This document shows, in pieces, positions 54,680-64,000 of a stretch of DNA of 64,000 bases. A model generated the notes under the pieces. It made no database searches. It was not told where the DNA came from and worked only from the letters and a program-made list of their open reading frames with translations. Every line of letters begins with the position of its first letter. Position 1 is the stretch's first letter. Origin of the DNA: Nematocida ausubeli (lineage: Eukaryota); contig NW_026515638.1 in the NCBI RefSeq assembly GCF_000738915.1, forward strand, positions 22,882 to 86,881, read 5' to 3'. Both the position numbers and the translations under genes were made by a program.

Positions 54680-56443
54680 AAAGACATAATTTCTGAGGCT
54701 GCCTATACAACCGGTACATCCAAATGTTACATATAGTTGCACACGGTATGCCTATATAATACAAAGTTACTACCCATAATCCTTCATATATATAGTAATA
54801 TATCTATGACCCTTGAATAAATAGCTTTTGCTATACATTTCTTGTTTCTTCTGCCTTTCTCTGCCTCTTGCAGTGTTTAAAATATCTATTCTATTTCTTT
54901 CTATATAACATATGCTTTCTTTTTAATAGACTATTCATGGGGTTTAGTTCAGTTTTCTTTAGCAAAGCACTGAAAACCTTTCTTAAATCTTTACATAAGC
55001 GCAGCCTTTTCTGAATATAACTTCATAAAAAAGAATAAAATGCGAAAAGCTTTTGGCTGGCCTATTAGCTATTCTTTAACATAGATTGAATCTCTAAATA
55101 TGTATTGCTATTTGTTCTCTACAATATAAATTGCATAGTAAATAGCATGTCTACTGGTATAAGATTTAAATGGACTGCCTTTTTTGAGTACAAACTCAAA
55201 CACCAGAAGTTTCATAGGTATCTACATTATGCTTATACTTTGCATCTACTATTTTTGACTATACACCAACCTAGTACACCTTAAATAAACGAGTATACAA
55301 GGTTGCCCAAATACTTAGTCTAATTCACTATTCCGTTCGCTGTATTGCTACTTATATAAATGCGACACACCAGTTCATTTATCCAGTCTGATGGGCTCTC
55401 TTTGCATGGTCCTTCGATTGTGCATGTATTTTGATTTTCGTGTGCTTTTGATAGAAAATAGAAATATCAAAGCCCTTCAGTGCAAAGACATAAAAGTATA
55501 CAGATTATATTTTTAGATTCTTTAGTAGAGAAAAAAATAAAATAATTCATATGTACACTAGAAAAATAATTGAAAAATGACAGACAAGGCCAAAATTCAC
55601 CCAAGTTTACCCCATGACATAGTATGAAGTTTAAATACCTAAATCTAAATCTAAAAGGCCTTCTTTAAATTATAGATACTCTGTGCTATTGTTTGGTAAG
55701 AAGAAACATCCTTTATGCTCAGATTCCTGAATTTCAACCTGAATGTCTCTCAAATATTCTCTGGAATGGCTTCTTACCACAGAACAAAGACAGTATTTGA
55801 AACAGCACTGACAAGAAATTCCCTTCTACTTTTGGTCACAGCCAGAAGAAGAAGTAATTTATGCAGTACATTATGACCATTACGTATAGATTAGGCACTA
55901 GACCCAAGGCATATCTCTGTGACTTTTTAGAGACAGTTGAGACAAATAAACTAGAGCAGAGCCAATATGGCTTTATTTTTAAAGCTCATTGAAATATTTG
56001 CAGAATCACTCCAGCAGTCTCTTCTTTGCAATATTCCAAGCTCACAGAGAGACAGACAAAATATAATATAAAGTGAATCTTAAGCCTACGAAGAGCAATT
56101 AAGCATTTAAAGGACCTTTAGCTATATTAGAATACTTTTTGCTCAATGATGCCTAAGAAGTAGTCTATAATGAATTTATAAGAGATCTGTGGTTACTTTA
56201 ATTACGTATTTATTTGGCTACGAAGGAATTCAGTAGCATACAAAGAGATTTCTGTTTTTGGATGAATTTTAGCTGAATCCATGCGCTTAATACTGCATGA
56301 ATTGGGATTCCTTTTGTTGTTTTTGCATGCTCCATGGAGTATCCAATTCTGTGAACGAAGGATTCTTTCTTTGAGCTATGCAACTACAAGCATTCAGCAG
56401 GAAAAAAGGCCCATTGCTACAAAACTCTAATCCACACTTTATT

Positions 56444-57265
56444 CTATACTCCAATGCTCTCTAATCCCTCTGCATCTACATAAATAGCAGTGGCTAGTGT
56501 CTCATCCATGCTAAAGGAGCAGACAATGCCCTCGCTGGATATAGTGTAGACCGTGTTGTCTTTGTACTCTATTTGTGTAATGTTGCTGATGTGCTCTGTC
56601 TCCACTATTCTGTCTTCCTCATCGAAGGCACTCACAACCCGAACTGCATTCCCTTCGGATATAAGGCACATTGGCTTGTCTTTCCATGTGACTATCTTTA
56701 TATTCTTTGCCTGCTTTGAGACACTAATGTCCTTGGCTACCTCCTTTCCGTATATAAGCAGAACCCGTCTCTCTGTGGAGCTGAGCACCCCTACTAATCC
56801 TTTGCCATTATGCTCTATAATGCTTATTTTCTCGCAGTACTTCATGCTTACCTTGATCTCGTCGAGTTTCTTCAAGTATTTGCTGTAAAGTGTTATCTTG
56901 CTATTCTGCAAAGCTATAATTATGTTGTTGTATATGCAAGTGTCGTTGATGTTTCGTGATGTTTCCACTTCGCTTTGTATCTGGGTGTCTTCCAAATACT
57001 CTATGTACCGGTCTCCTATTAAGTATATACGCACGGAATTCTTTGTCTGTGCGCCCGGGTTTGGGAGAATGTGCACATTGTTTACCTTTCGGAATAGACT
57101 AAGATAAAGCTTCTTTCCAGAAAGTACTTCCAGATAATTTGGCGTGGCCAGTACAGTGTACTCGTCTGTCTTTTTGTACATTGTAATGTTATTCCTGACA
57201 ACAGAGACTTTTCCTGTTGTGCTGTTAATTCGCAGCAAGTTATTCTTTCTTGTAAGCACTTCCAT
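56444..57265 (-). CDS. hypothetical beta-propeller-like protein
   Basis: 273 aa, beta-strand rich; WD-like end HISNITQIEY...TISSEGIVCSF. Confidence 0.7.
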   Translation of the reverse strand: MEVLTRKNNLLRINSTTGKVSVVRNNITMYKKTDEYTVLATPNYLEVLSGKKLYLSLFRKVNNVHILPNPGAQTKNSVRIYLIGDRYIEYLEDTQIQSEVETSRNINDTCIYNNIIIALQNSKITLYSKYLKKLDEIKVSMKYCEKISIIEHNGKGLVGVLSSTERRVLLIYGKEVAKDISVSKQAKNIKIVTWKDKPMCLISEGNAVRVVSAFDEEDRIVETEHISNITQIEYKDNTVYTISSEGIVCSFSMDETLATAIYVDAEGLESIGV

Positions 57266-57969
57266 TAAAAATTTTCATTTTCGGTTACCGTATAATTGGA
57301 CTTATCCATCTGCTTATAACGGTCTGCTGATCCCCTAAGCAACCCAACACAAGCATAACTAGAATACTTGCTACACCTCAGTGCATATCTTCTTATGTTA
57401 ACTTCCCAAAAAAACCCGAAATCATCTGTACTTTTTCCATATATACAATCCACTTCCTTGCCGGAGAATAGAAAAATACCTCTCTAGCTATAAGCATGCA
57501 CATACTAAAGATCCAGAATATCAAGATATATCTTTAACAAAACATTTTTATTAAGTCACAGAAAGAAATTCTTAACAATACAATCCCATACATATATCTC
57601 AAGGCAAGGGAAACCAACAACAACAAAGCAAATAATAGGCTTAATATATACACATAACCCACTAATACGCCTTGCTGTCTCCAGAATATTCAGTGCTTAT
57701 GAAGAAAATATACTCCAACCTGAAACTCTAATTACTTAATTAAAGAAAAGCAGAAACCTTCATAGGAAGAGAGATGCTTTCTCCATGCGTGAATTTCGCT
57801 CTTTTTGGAGTTTCATGAAAGTACTTCTTATCTTACCATGCACTCATTCATTTCGCTAATAAATTCATTTTCTTAGTCTGAAACAATACGTAATTGTAAT
57901 ATGGCATTGCCCGTAATCTTACTGTATTTGGTAAGATTCTTTAATAAATATGCGGGGTATTTTTTTTCT

Positions 57970-58611
57970 ATGAAAATTTCGATTTTCTTTGTGTTTCTTG
58001 CGCTTATCCAAAATTCAAAAGAAACATTCTCTGAAATTCAGAATTACACAGTGAATGACTTTAGCAGCAACACGCCCATGCTTATATTTATATACTACAA
58101 CAGCAAGAACAGCACATGTCTTGCCTGCGAGTCATACAAAAAATGGCTTTCATCTTTTCCTGATTACACAGTGGGAGCCTTTACAATCAAAAAGCTGAAC
58201 TTCAACACAGATCCAGTGCTTTCCCTGCGGTTCAAGGCAACAAGCTTCCCAACATTCTTTTTACAGCATAAAAAAAGGTTTAAAGACATCACGGCTGTTG
58301 ACATCCTTGACCACAACCTCTCATACGACAAGAAGTACGAAAATGACATAGACGCGATTCTTAAAAACCCAAGAATCCTGGACTATGTGGAGACCCTGGA
58401 AGGTCTCAGAGCACCTTCATCTATAGCAATGCTAATATATGCGCATGTGTTCACAGTCTTCATGCTATCCTTTAATGTGCTGGACAGAATCGCAGAATAC
58501 GTCTCATTCCGTCTTGTAATGACAAGCTTGGCAATTATTTTTGCATCATCCGTTATTATTCGAATACTAAGAAGTAATCAGAAAAAGATAAAGACAAAAG
58601 AAGCAGAATAA
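57970..58611 (+). CDS. thioredoxin-like transmembrane protein (TMX-like)
   Basis: Signal peptide, CLAC (CxxC), LSLRFKATSFPTFF (cis-Pro loop), C-terminal TMs with a basic tail. Confidence 0.75.
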   Translation: MKISIFFVFLALIQNSKETFSEIQNYTVNDFSSNTPMLIFIYYNSKNSTCLACESYKKWLSSFPDYTVGAFTIKKLNFNTDPVLSLRFKATSFPTFFLQHKKRFKDITAVDILDHNLSYDKKYENDIDAILKNPRILDYVETLEGLRAPSSIAMLIYAHVFTVFMLSFNVLDRIAEYVSFRLVMTSLAIIFASSVIIRILRSNQKKIKTKEAE

Positions 58612-58977
58612 TGCCCTCTGCAAGTTCAGACTAATAATATAGTCAAGTCATTTGCCACAAAATGATACTTTATAAGTCTTCATTAAGACAAAAAAGTGCT
58701 TGCCCAGGAATACACTCTAAATACACTAAGAAATCACCAAAAATCACTATATCCAGCATCTAATCAAGAGATTATTAATTTTAAGAATTAATTCCATCTC
58801 TGTCTTTCTTGGGCCCACTGTGAATATACAAAGTCCCAATGAAAGAAAAGAATAAAACACCCAGCCATGCATCTCTCCTTCTATTTTTATTCTCCTGGAA
58901 TTTTAGAGAAATCTGCAGTCATACTAGAAGATTTCTGTTAAAAGTATAAATAGTAGTTTTTTTTTCTTTTTTCATTC

Positions 58978-59670
58978 ATGCAAGGCAGCAGCAATCAAAG
59001 TGAAGCCAATGGAAACAGCGGACAGACCGGGGAAATCATTCTGGATGGACCAGTAAAGAAGCTAGTTCTAGTAGGGGATGGAGGTACAGGAAAGACCACA
59101 TTCGTAAAGAGACATTTAACAGGAGAATTCACCAAGAGATACATTGCCACAGTAGGAGCAGAAACATACGTGTTGCCATTCTACACAAATTACGGACAGG
59201 TAAACTACACTGTGTTCGACACAGCAGGACAGGAGAAGTTTGGGGGTCTAAGAGATGCCTACTACTACGGTGCAGACTGCGGTATTATTATGTTCGACAC
59301 AACATCCAGAATTACCTACAAGAATGTGCCAAACTGGTACAGAGACTTACGCCTTATTTGCCCAGACATTCCACTGTGCCTGTGCGGTAACAAGGTAGAT
59401 ATAATAGATAGAAAAGTAAAGCCTGCACATATGAAGGACAGGAAGATAATGCAGAATATAGTGTACTTTGATATAAGTGCAAAGAGCAACTACAACTATG
59501 ACAAACCCTTCCTTTATTTCACAAGAACACTCTACCAGAAGCCAGACTTGTTCTTTGTTGCAAACTCTGCACTGCTTCCCCCTGAGGCAGAAGTAAATGT
59601 TGAATTAATTGAGCAGTTTGCAAAGATGTCAACAGAAGCTACAGACCAGCCCCTTCCAGACTTTGAATAA
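58978..59670 (+). CDS. RAN: Ran GTPase
   Basis: [51 protein letters not shown], acidic PLPD tail. Confidence 0.97.
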   Translation: MQGSSNQSEANGNSGQTGEIILDGPVKKLVLVGDGGTGKTTFVKRHLTGEFTKRYIATVGAETYVLPFYTNYGQVNYTVFDTAGQEKFGGLRDAYYYGADCGIIMFDTTSRITYKNVPNWYRDLRLICPDIPLCLCGNKVDIIDRKVKPAHMKDRKIMQNIVYFDISAKSNYNYDKPFLYFTRTLYQKPDLFFVANSALLPPEAEVNVELIEQFAKMSTEATDQPLPDFE

Positions 59671-59883
59671 ATCATCGATAATACATATATCCTGCTTAAA
59701 ATACAATTCAATATGCGCTCACCCCAATGAACTCTGTATTTCCCCACATGAAATCTCACAGTATCCAGAGAAAGACAGAAGGAATATCCCTGGGATACCT
59801 GCCTCTTAGTGGATGGTTACTAGGGGCCTGCCTCCTGTCCTGTTTGCGCATATGCCCTGGTGCCATTTGAAAGGGTATGTGGA

Positions 59884-60870
59884 TTACTGTGGCTTATTTA
59901 TTTTATTTAGGTCTTCATAGAGGGACCCTCCAGAATATATTATGTAGCTCACTGAAAGAACCCTTTGGATCTCCATTGTGCTCCATTCGATCTCATTTAT
60001 TCGCTGCAGCGTGTACAGAATTCCCTCAAAATCACTGCTCATAAGAGTCTCCTGCAAATATATTACGAGGGCAGTGGCAAATGAAACATTAAACCGAATG
60101 AACTCAGCTGGGCCCAGGGAGAAGTGCGCATCAAATACTTCTTTGTGATGCAGAAACTCTCTTATTAGAAAGGTGGACATCCAGTTGTATGCAAAGTACT
60201 TCACCTCCACAGAACTTTTTTGCAGATGCAGGAATAGCTTTGGCCTGTTCTTCTGAAGAAGCTCCTCTATTTCCTCAATGGATCTTTCAATTCCAACCTG
60301 CCTTGAAGAGAAATAGTCCAAGTACTTACTGACAATCTTTTCAAAGCAGAAATACGAAAGGGCTTCAGCCACATGCGTATCATGCGAGATGGAATGCACA
60401 TCCATGAACAACTTGAAAATATCGCACATCCCTTGGACATAGCTTATCACAGGATATCTCTTAGAGAATATTGCCATTGCCCGGATGTAGCTCTTAGACG
60501 TATCTACTCCCTTTACCTCACACTCTATTCTAAGCACATCCTTGCTTATTTGTTTATGCACTTTATCGTGCGTAAGCGGGGAAAGAAGTATTTCTGGGCT
60601 GTTTATGTGGGTTCCTTGTTTGTTGAGTGACTCGTATGCCCTGCACTTATTCTCTATGCCAACCCCTAAGGCACTCATTGATGGACTAATTATATCAAGC
60701 AAAATTAGCCAGCCAGTGCTTCTTTTTTGCTTCTCCAGCCCAAACCAAGCTGCATCCCTTAGTTCTTGCACGTTCTCCATAGGGGTTTGTTTCATTATGT
60801 TATTCATTTTATTTTTGCAAATAGAATGAATGTAAATATCCATGGTGTTCTTGTCATAATGTGAATGCAT
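59884..60870 (-). CDS. TBC-domain Rab GTPase-activating protein (Gyp1-like)
   Basis: QISKDVLR (IxxDxxR), YVQGMCD (YxQ), FAYNWMSTFLIREF. Confidence 0.9.
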   Translation of the reverse strand: MHSHYDKNTMDIYIHSICKNKMNNIMKQTPMENVQELRDAAWFGLEKQKRSTGWLILLDIISPSMSALGVGIENKCRAYESLNKQGTHINSPEILLSPLTHDKVHKQISKDVLRIECEVKGVDTSKSYIRAMAIFSKRYPVISYVQGMCDIFKLFMDVHSISHDTHVAEALSYFCFEKIVSKYLDYFSSRQVGIERSIEEIEELLQKNRPKLFLHLQKSSVEVKYFAYNWMSTFLIREFLHHKEVFDAHFSLGPAEFIRFNVSFATALVIYLQETLMSSDFEGILYTLQRINEIEWSTMEIQRVLSVSYIIYSGGSLYEDLNKINKPQ

Positions 60871-62174
60871 CTCCTTTCTGCTTAATATTCATGAAAATCC
60901 TTCTATTTTCACTTTTATCAGATATGTGACTGCATAACCCATATTTTAATATAATTTCATTGAGCTGGTTTATATTGCGCATAGGAAAGACTTTGCTTCT
61001 TTATTTATCTCTTAAAAAGAAACTCTTCATTCTTGGGAAGATTTCGCATAAAAAAACGTATAATGAAGAGTTTTATTTTAAGAGATAAATAAAGAAGCAT
61101 CTTATCATAGATCAAAGAGAAAGCACTATAGCACTTAAATACTGTATGTGCATGTGTTACAGCTTTGTAAGTGTCTTTTTAAGTAGATTGTAATCGATCT
61201 GAATATGCAAAAATCAGAATATCCTGTGTATAGATGCATGCAAATAGAAAGAAACCAAAATATCCTGTTATTCCTGCATACTAAACTTAAATAACCAGTA
61301 AATCCAGAATATTTCACTGAATACTTAATTACTCACGTGCTCAAGTATTCCCATAATATAAATCTCACTCAGAATAGTCAAATACAGCAAGAATTAATTA
61401 GTACAGTCTACTAGACAGAACATAAAATAGTTATAAAAGCACAAGAATAACCCAAATTAATAGATATTATGCAGACTAAGACAAGCACAGGGCGTAAGAT
61501 GAATAATACTATTTCATATTCCTTTGCAATTCTGTCCCTTATAGGCTTCTATCTCTTATAGACTTCTGGGCCATTCAGAATACAGAAATATAATTTAAAT
61601 CACTCAATGCAGTATCACACACATTATTATGTTAATATAACCAGATTATAACCCGAATATGCAGGAATAGAGACATCTTCTTCTAGTGACTGGCTGTATT
61701 CTGCTAACACAGCTAATTTGAACCATTTGCACTTCGCTTGGAATCTTGAAGTATATGTGATTTCTTTCATTCTGTGTACTCAGAATATTCAGGCAGGTTA
61801 TAATTCGGGTTATTCTGCCCACTGTGCTGCTATTACTTAGTCATAAATACCAAAAGAATTTCACATTATAACCCATAACTTGAACCCAAGAATATTCAGT
61901 AAAGAATATTTTCTAATTAGTAAAGGATGCAGACCGAAAAATAAAACTGCAATGAATTTCCAATGAAATATTCAATACAAAGACAAATACACCACATACA
62001 ACACTCATACAACAATCATATAAATACGCAATATAACCAGATATAACCATAATCTGCAATGAATTTAAATATCTCAATGAAAATGCACTCTTTAGTCTCT
62101 CTGCCAGAATATTCTTAAATTAGCACCTTCTGCAGTGTAAGAGTAAGTCTATTGCGTACCTATAAGCATATTTA

Positions 62175-63119
62175 TTATAATAGACGGAGTGGTCCGTGCA
62201 GGTGTTTGACTATATTCTCTTCTATGTCACTCTTTCGTCTTAGAACATTTGATGTAATTAATTGTATGACACTCTCTATTCTGTATTTGTACTTGAGTGC
62301 TTGCTCCCGGATCTTCTTGAATCTTTTGTCTTCATTCTGTAATTTCCCATGTGTTACAATCTTGAGAATTCCAACTTTCACGTCTTCCAGCTTATCTGTC
62401 TTTACATCCCCACACATATCCACAATTAAACTGTACTTCTCTAAGAGTGACTTTTTAATCTCCTTCTGCGTGTTGAATATGGCAAGAACTCCTTCTTTTT
62501 TTGTCTCCGGGGACAGTTCTATTTTTATCCCGAATGACTGCAAGAAGACTTCAACTCTTCTCTCTTCCTTCGGGTGACTGACTACTATGCAGACATTCTT
62601 GATGGGTCTGGACTTAGTCAGTGCAAATATCATGGCCATCCTCTCAAGAATTGTCTTTCCACTGACAAAGAATTCCATGCGCACTAACTTCTTTGCAAGC
62701 AGCTGGTACTCCTTCAGTGCCTCAATGTCATCTGAATCTCCCTCCAAGGCGACAATTATTCTTTTCTCCCCAATTGCCTCCATTAAGTCACTCATTAGCC
62801 CCATTTCCTCAATAATTTTGTACTTATTAATTATTACAGTGCACACATCCAAGGTCCTCAGAAGATTTATGCTTTCCAAGACCCTTTTCACACTCACTGT
62901 GTTCTCTTCACTTTCCACAAGACTGTTCTCCAAGGCATGAACATCCTTCGTAAGAGGCGTAACCACAAGGACTTTCTTGCCACTTAGCATGCCTATAATA
63001 GAGACACTATCCATATATATTTTAATCCTAGTTTCATTAGGGTCATTCAGTCTTTCTTCTATGGTGGAGTCTTTTTCCTCCCTCTCTCCGTGCAATTGTT
63101 CGTTATTTTTGCTGTCCAT
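62175..63119 (-). CDS. degenerate Dbp9/DDX56-like helicase-fold protein
   Basis: VLVVTPLTKD (motif Ia-like), RRVEVFLQSFGIK and KYRIESVIQLIT resemble Dbp9 segments; no Walker A or DEAD motif visible. Confidence 0.5.
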   Translation of the reverse strand: MDSKNNEQLHGEREEKDSTIEERLNDPNETRIKIYMDSVSIIGMLSGKKVLVVTPLTKDVHALENSLVESEENTVSVKRVLESINLLRTLDVCTVIINKYKIIEEMGLMSDLMEAIGEKRIIVALEGDSDDIEALKEYQLLAKKLVRMEFFVSGKTILERMAMIFALTKSRPIKNVCIVVSHPKEERRVEVFLQSFGIKIELSPETKKEGVLAIFNTQKEIKKSLLEKYSLIVDMCGDVKTDKLEDVKVGILKIVTHGKLQNEDKRFKKIREQALKYKYRIESVIQLITSNVLRRKSDIEENIVKHLHGPLRLL

Positions 63120-63204
63120 TAAATTTCTGAAAAATATTTAATTAAATATTTCGTGGAATATTCATTACATTTGAATTACTCTTTTTATTTAGCAATTACG
63201 CCAG

Positions 63205-64000
63205 ATGCATGAAGGAAGGTTCAATTATGAAGATAAAGAGAGTCAAAAGACAGATCCGCATATTAGTACAACTGTTCTGAATGCATTAATATACGAATAT
63301 TTAATAAAGAGAAATTATGCAGGATCAGCAAAAGTGTTTAAAGTAGAAGGAGATATCAGCAATATAAATATAACACAAGGATCAAGTGCACTACTAGATT
63401 GGTTTGTAGCATTCAATGACCTGTACAATGTAAGAAGTGGCAGAAGTAAGCCAGCCGGGATAACAGGCAAGATTGACACAATCCTGGGGAAGCCACAAAA
63501 AGAAGAAACAAGAAAGGAGTACAAGCCAAGGACAGTGGCAAGTCACCCGAACCCAATGCACATCCCAAGTCACACTCCAAACCCAAATGGAATCAACAAC
63601 ACAGCAGGAAATAATCATGCTTGGTACAGGAAGGAAGGAGACATTCTGAATAGTATCCTGGAGATTGACGACCCACAGGAATATAGAAATAATGATGGGA
63701 GACCAATAGACAGAAGTACAAATGAAAAAGCAAGAAATAGAAGTCACACCACAGGACCAATGATGAAGGAAATAACAAACCTAAGGCTTCATACTCAAAA
63801 AATCAACAGTATGACAATATGTCATAGGCATAAGATACTGATAACAGGAGGAATGGATGCATCAATATGCGTAGTAGACTTAGTTAATATGAGTGATGTA
63901 ATTAAGTTTGAGTCTCATACGATGCAAATCTCCCAAGTGAAAATTAAAGAAAACACAAATTCAGTTGAACCTGTATTATACTTCGGGAGTGCATCGTTGG
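63205..64000 (+). CDS. LisH/LUFS + WD40 protein (LEUNIG-like architecture), 3' partial
   Basis: Open frame from ATG 63205 to the window end (absent from the ORF track): LNALIYEYLIKRNYAGSAKVFKVEG (LisH), LLDWFVAFNDLY (LUFS), LHTQKINS...ITGGMDASICVVD and SHTMQISQV (WD40). Confidence 0.85.
   Translation, partial: MHEGRFNYEDKESQKTDPHISTTVLNALIYEYLIKRNYAGSAKVFKVEGDISNINITQGSSALLDWFVAFNDLYNVRSGRSKPAGITGKIDTILGKPQKEETRKEYKPRTVASHPNPMHIPSHTPNPNGINNTAGNNHAWYRKEGDILNSILEIDDPQEYRNNDGRPIDRSTNEKARNRSHTTGPMMKEITNLRLHTQKINSMTICHRHKILITGGMDASICVVDLVNMSDVIKFESHTMQISQVKIKENTNSVEPVLYFGSASL

Overview
Eukaryotic, intron-free, AT-rich DNA from a microsporidian, most likely Nematocida. Supporting evidence: an NTT ADP/ATP translocase, class I aldolase, compact housekeeping genes, CCC motifs next to start codons, and five ~900-1070 aa members of a Nematocida-type large secreted gene family (INPxGPLN...NKRFxSPEI...NCVE). 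Housekeeping genes include an SLC19-like carrier, PLK4-like kinase, aldolase, Rpn3, Pwp2, two MFS transporters, Trm7, NAC-beta, tRNA-Pro(CGG), a TMX-like thioredoxin, Ran, a TBC RabGAP, a degenerate Dbp9 and a partial LUFS-WD40 gene. Four non-coding signals stand out. (1) A ~285-bp TG...CA dispersed element occurs in four well-preserved and two eroded copies, with 5-bp target duplications, resembling solo LTRs, beside secreted/effector genes. (2) Two copies bracket a 2.7-kb ORF-less unit (ATAAC...ATAAC) whose core is a GC-rich, extensively base-paired ~600-nt candidate RNA containing CTAACCCT, with telomerase-RNA-like features. (3) An ~8-kb low-GC domain (36.5-44.4 kb) carries arrays of a 17-bp motif phased at 20/30 bp, arranged as inverted arms around a sugar transporter, plus a G4-prone tract (candidate centromere, origin or foldback element). 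(4) A TAACCCGA motif recurs across the window. All alignments and foldings were done by eye; no searches were run.
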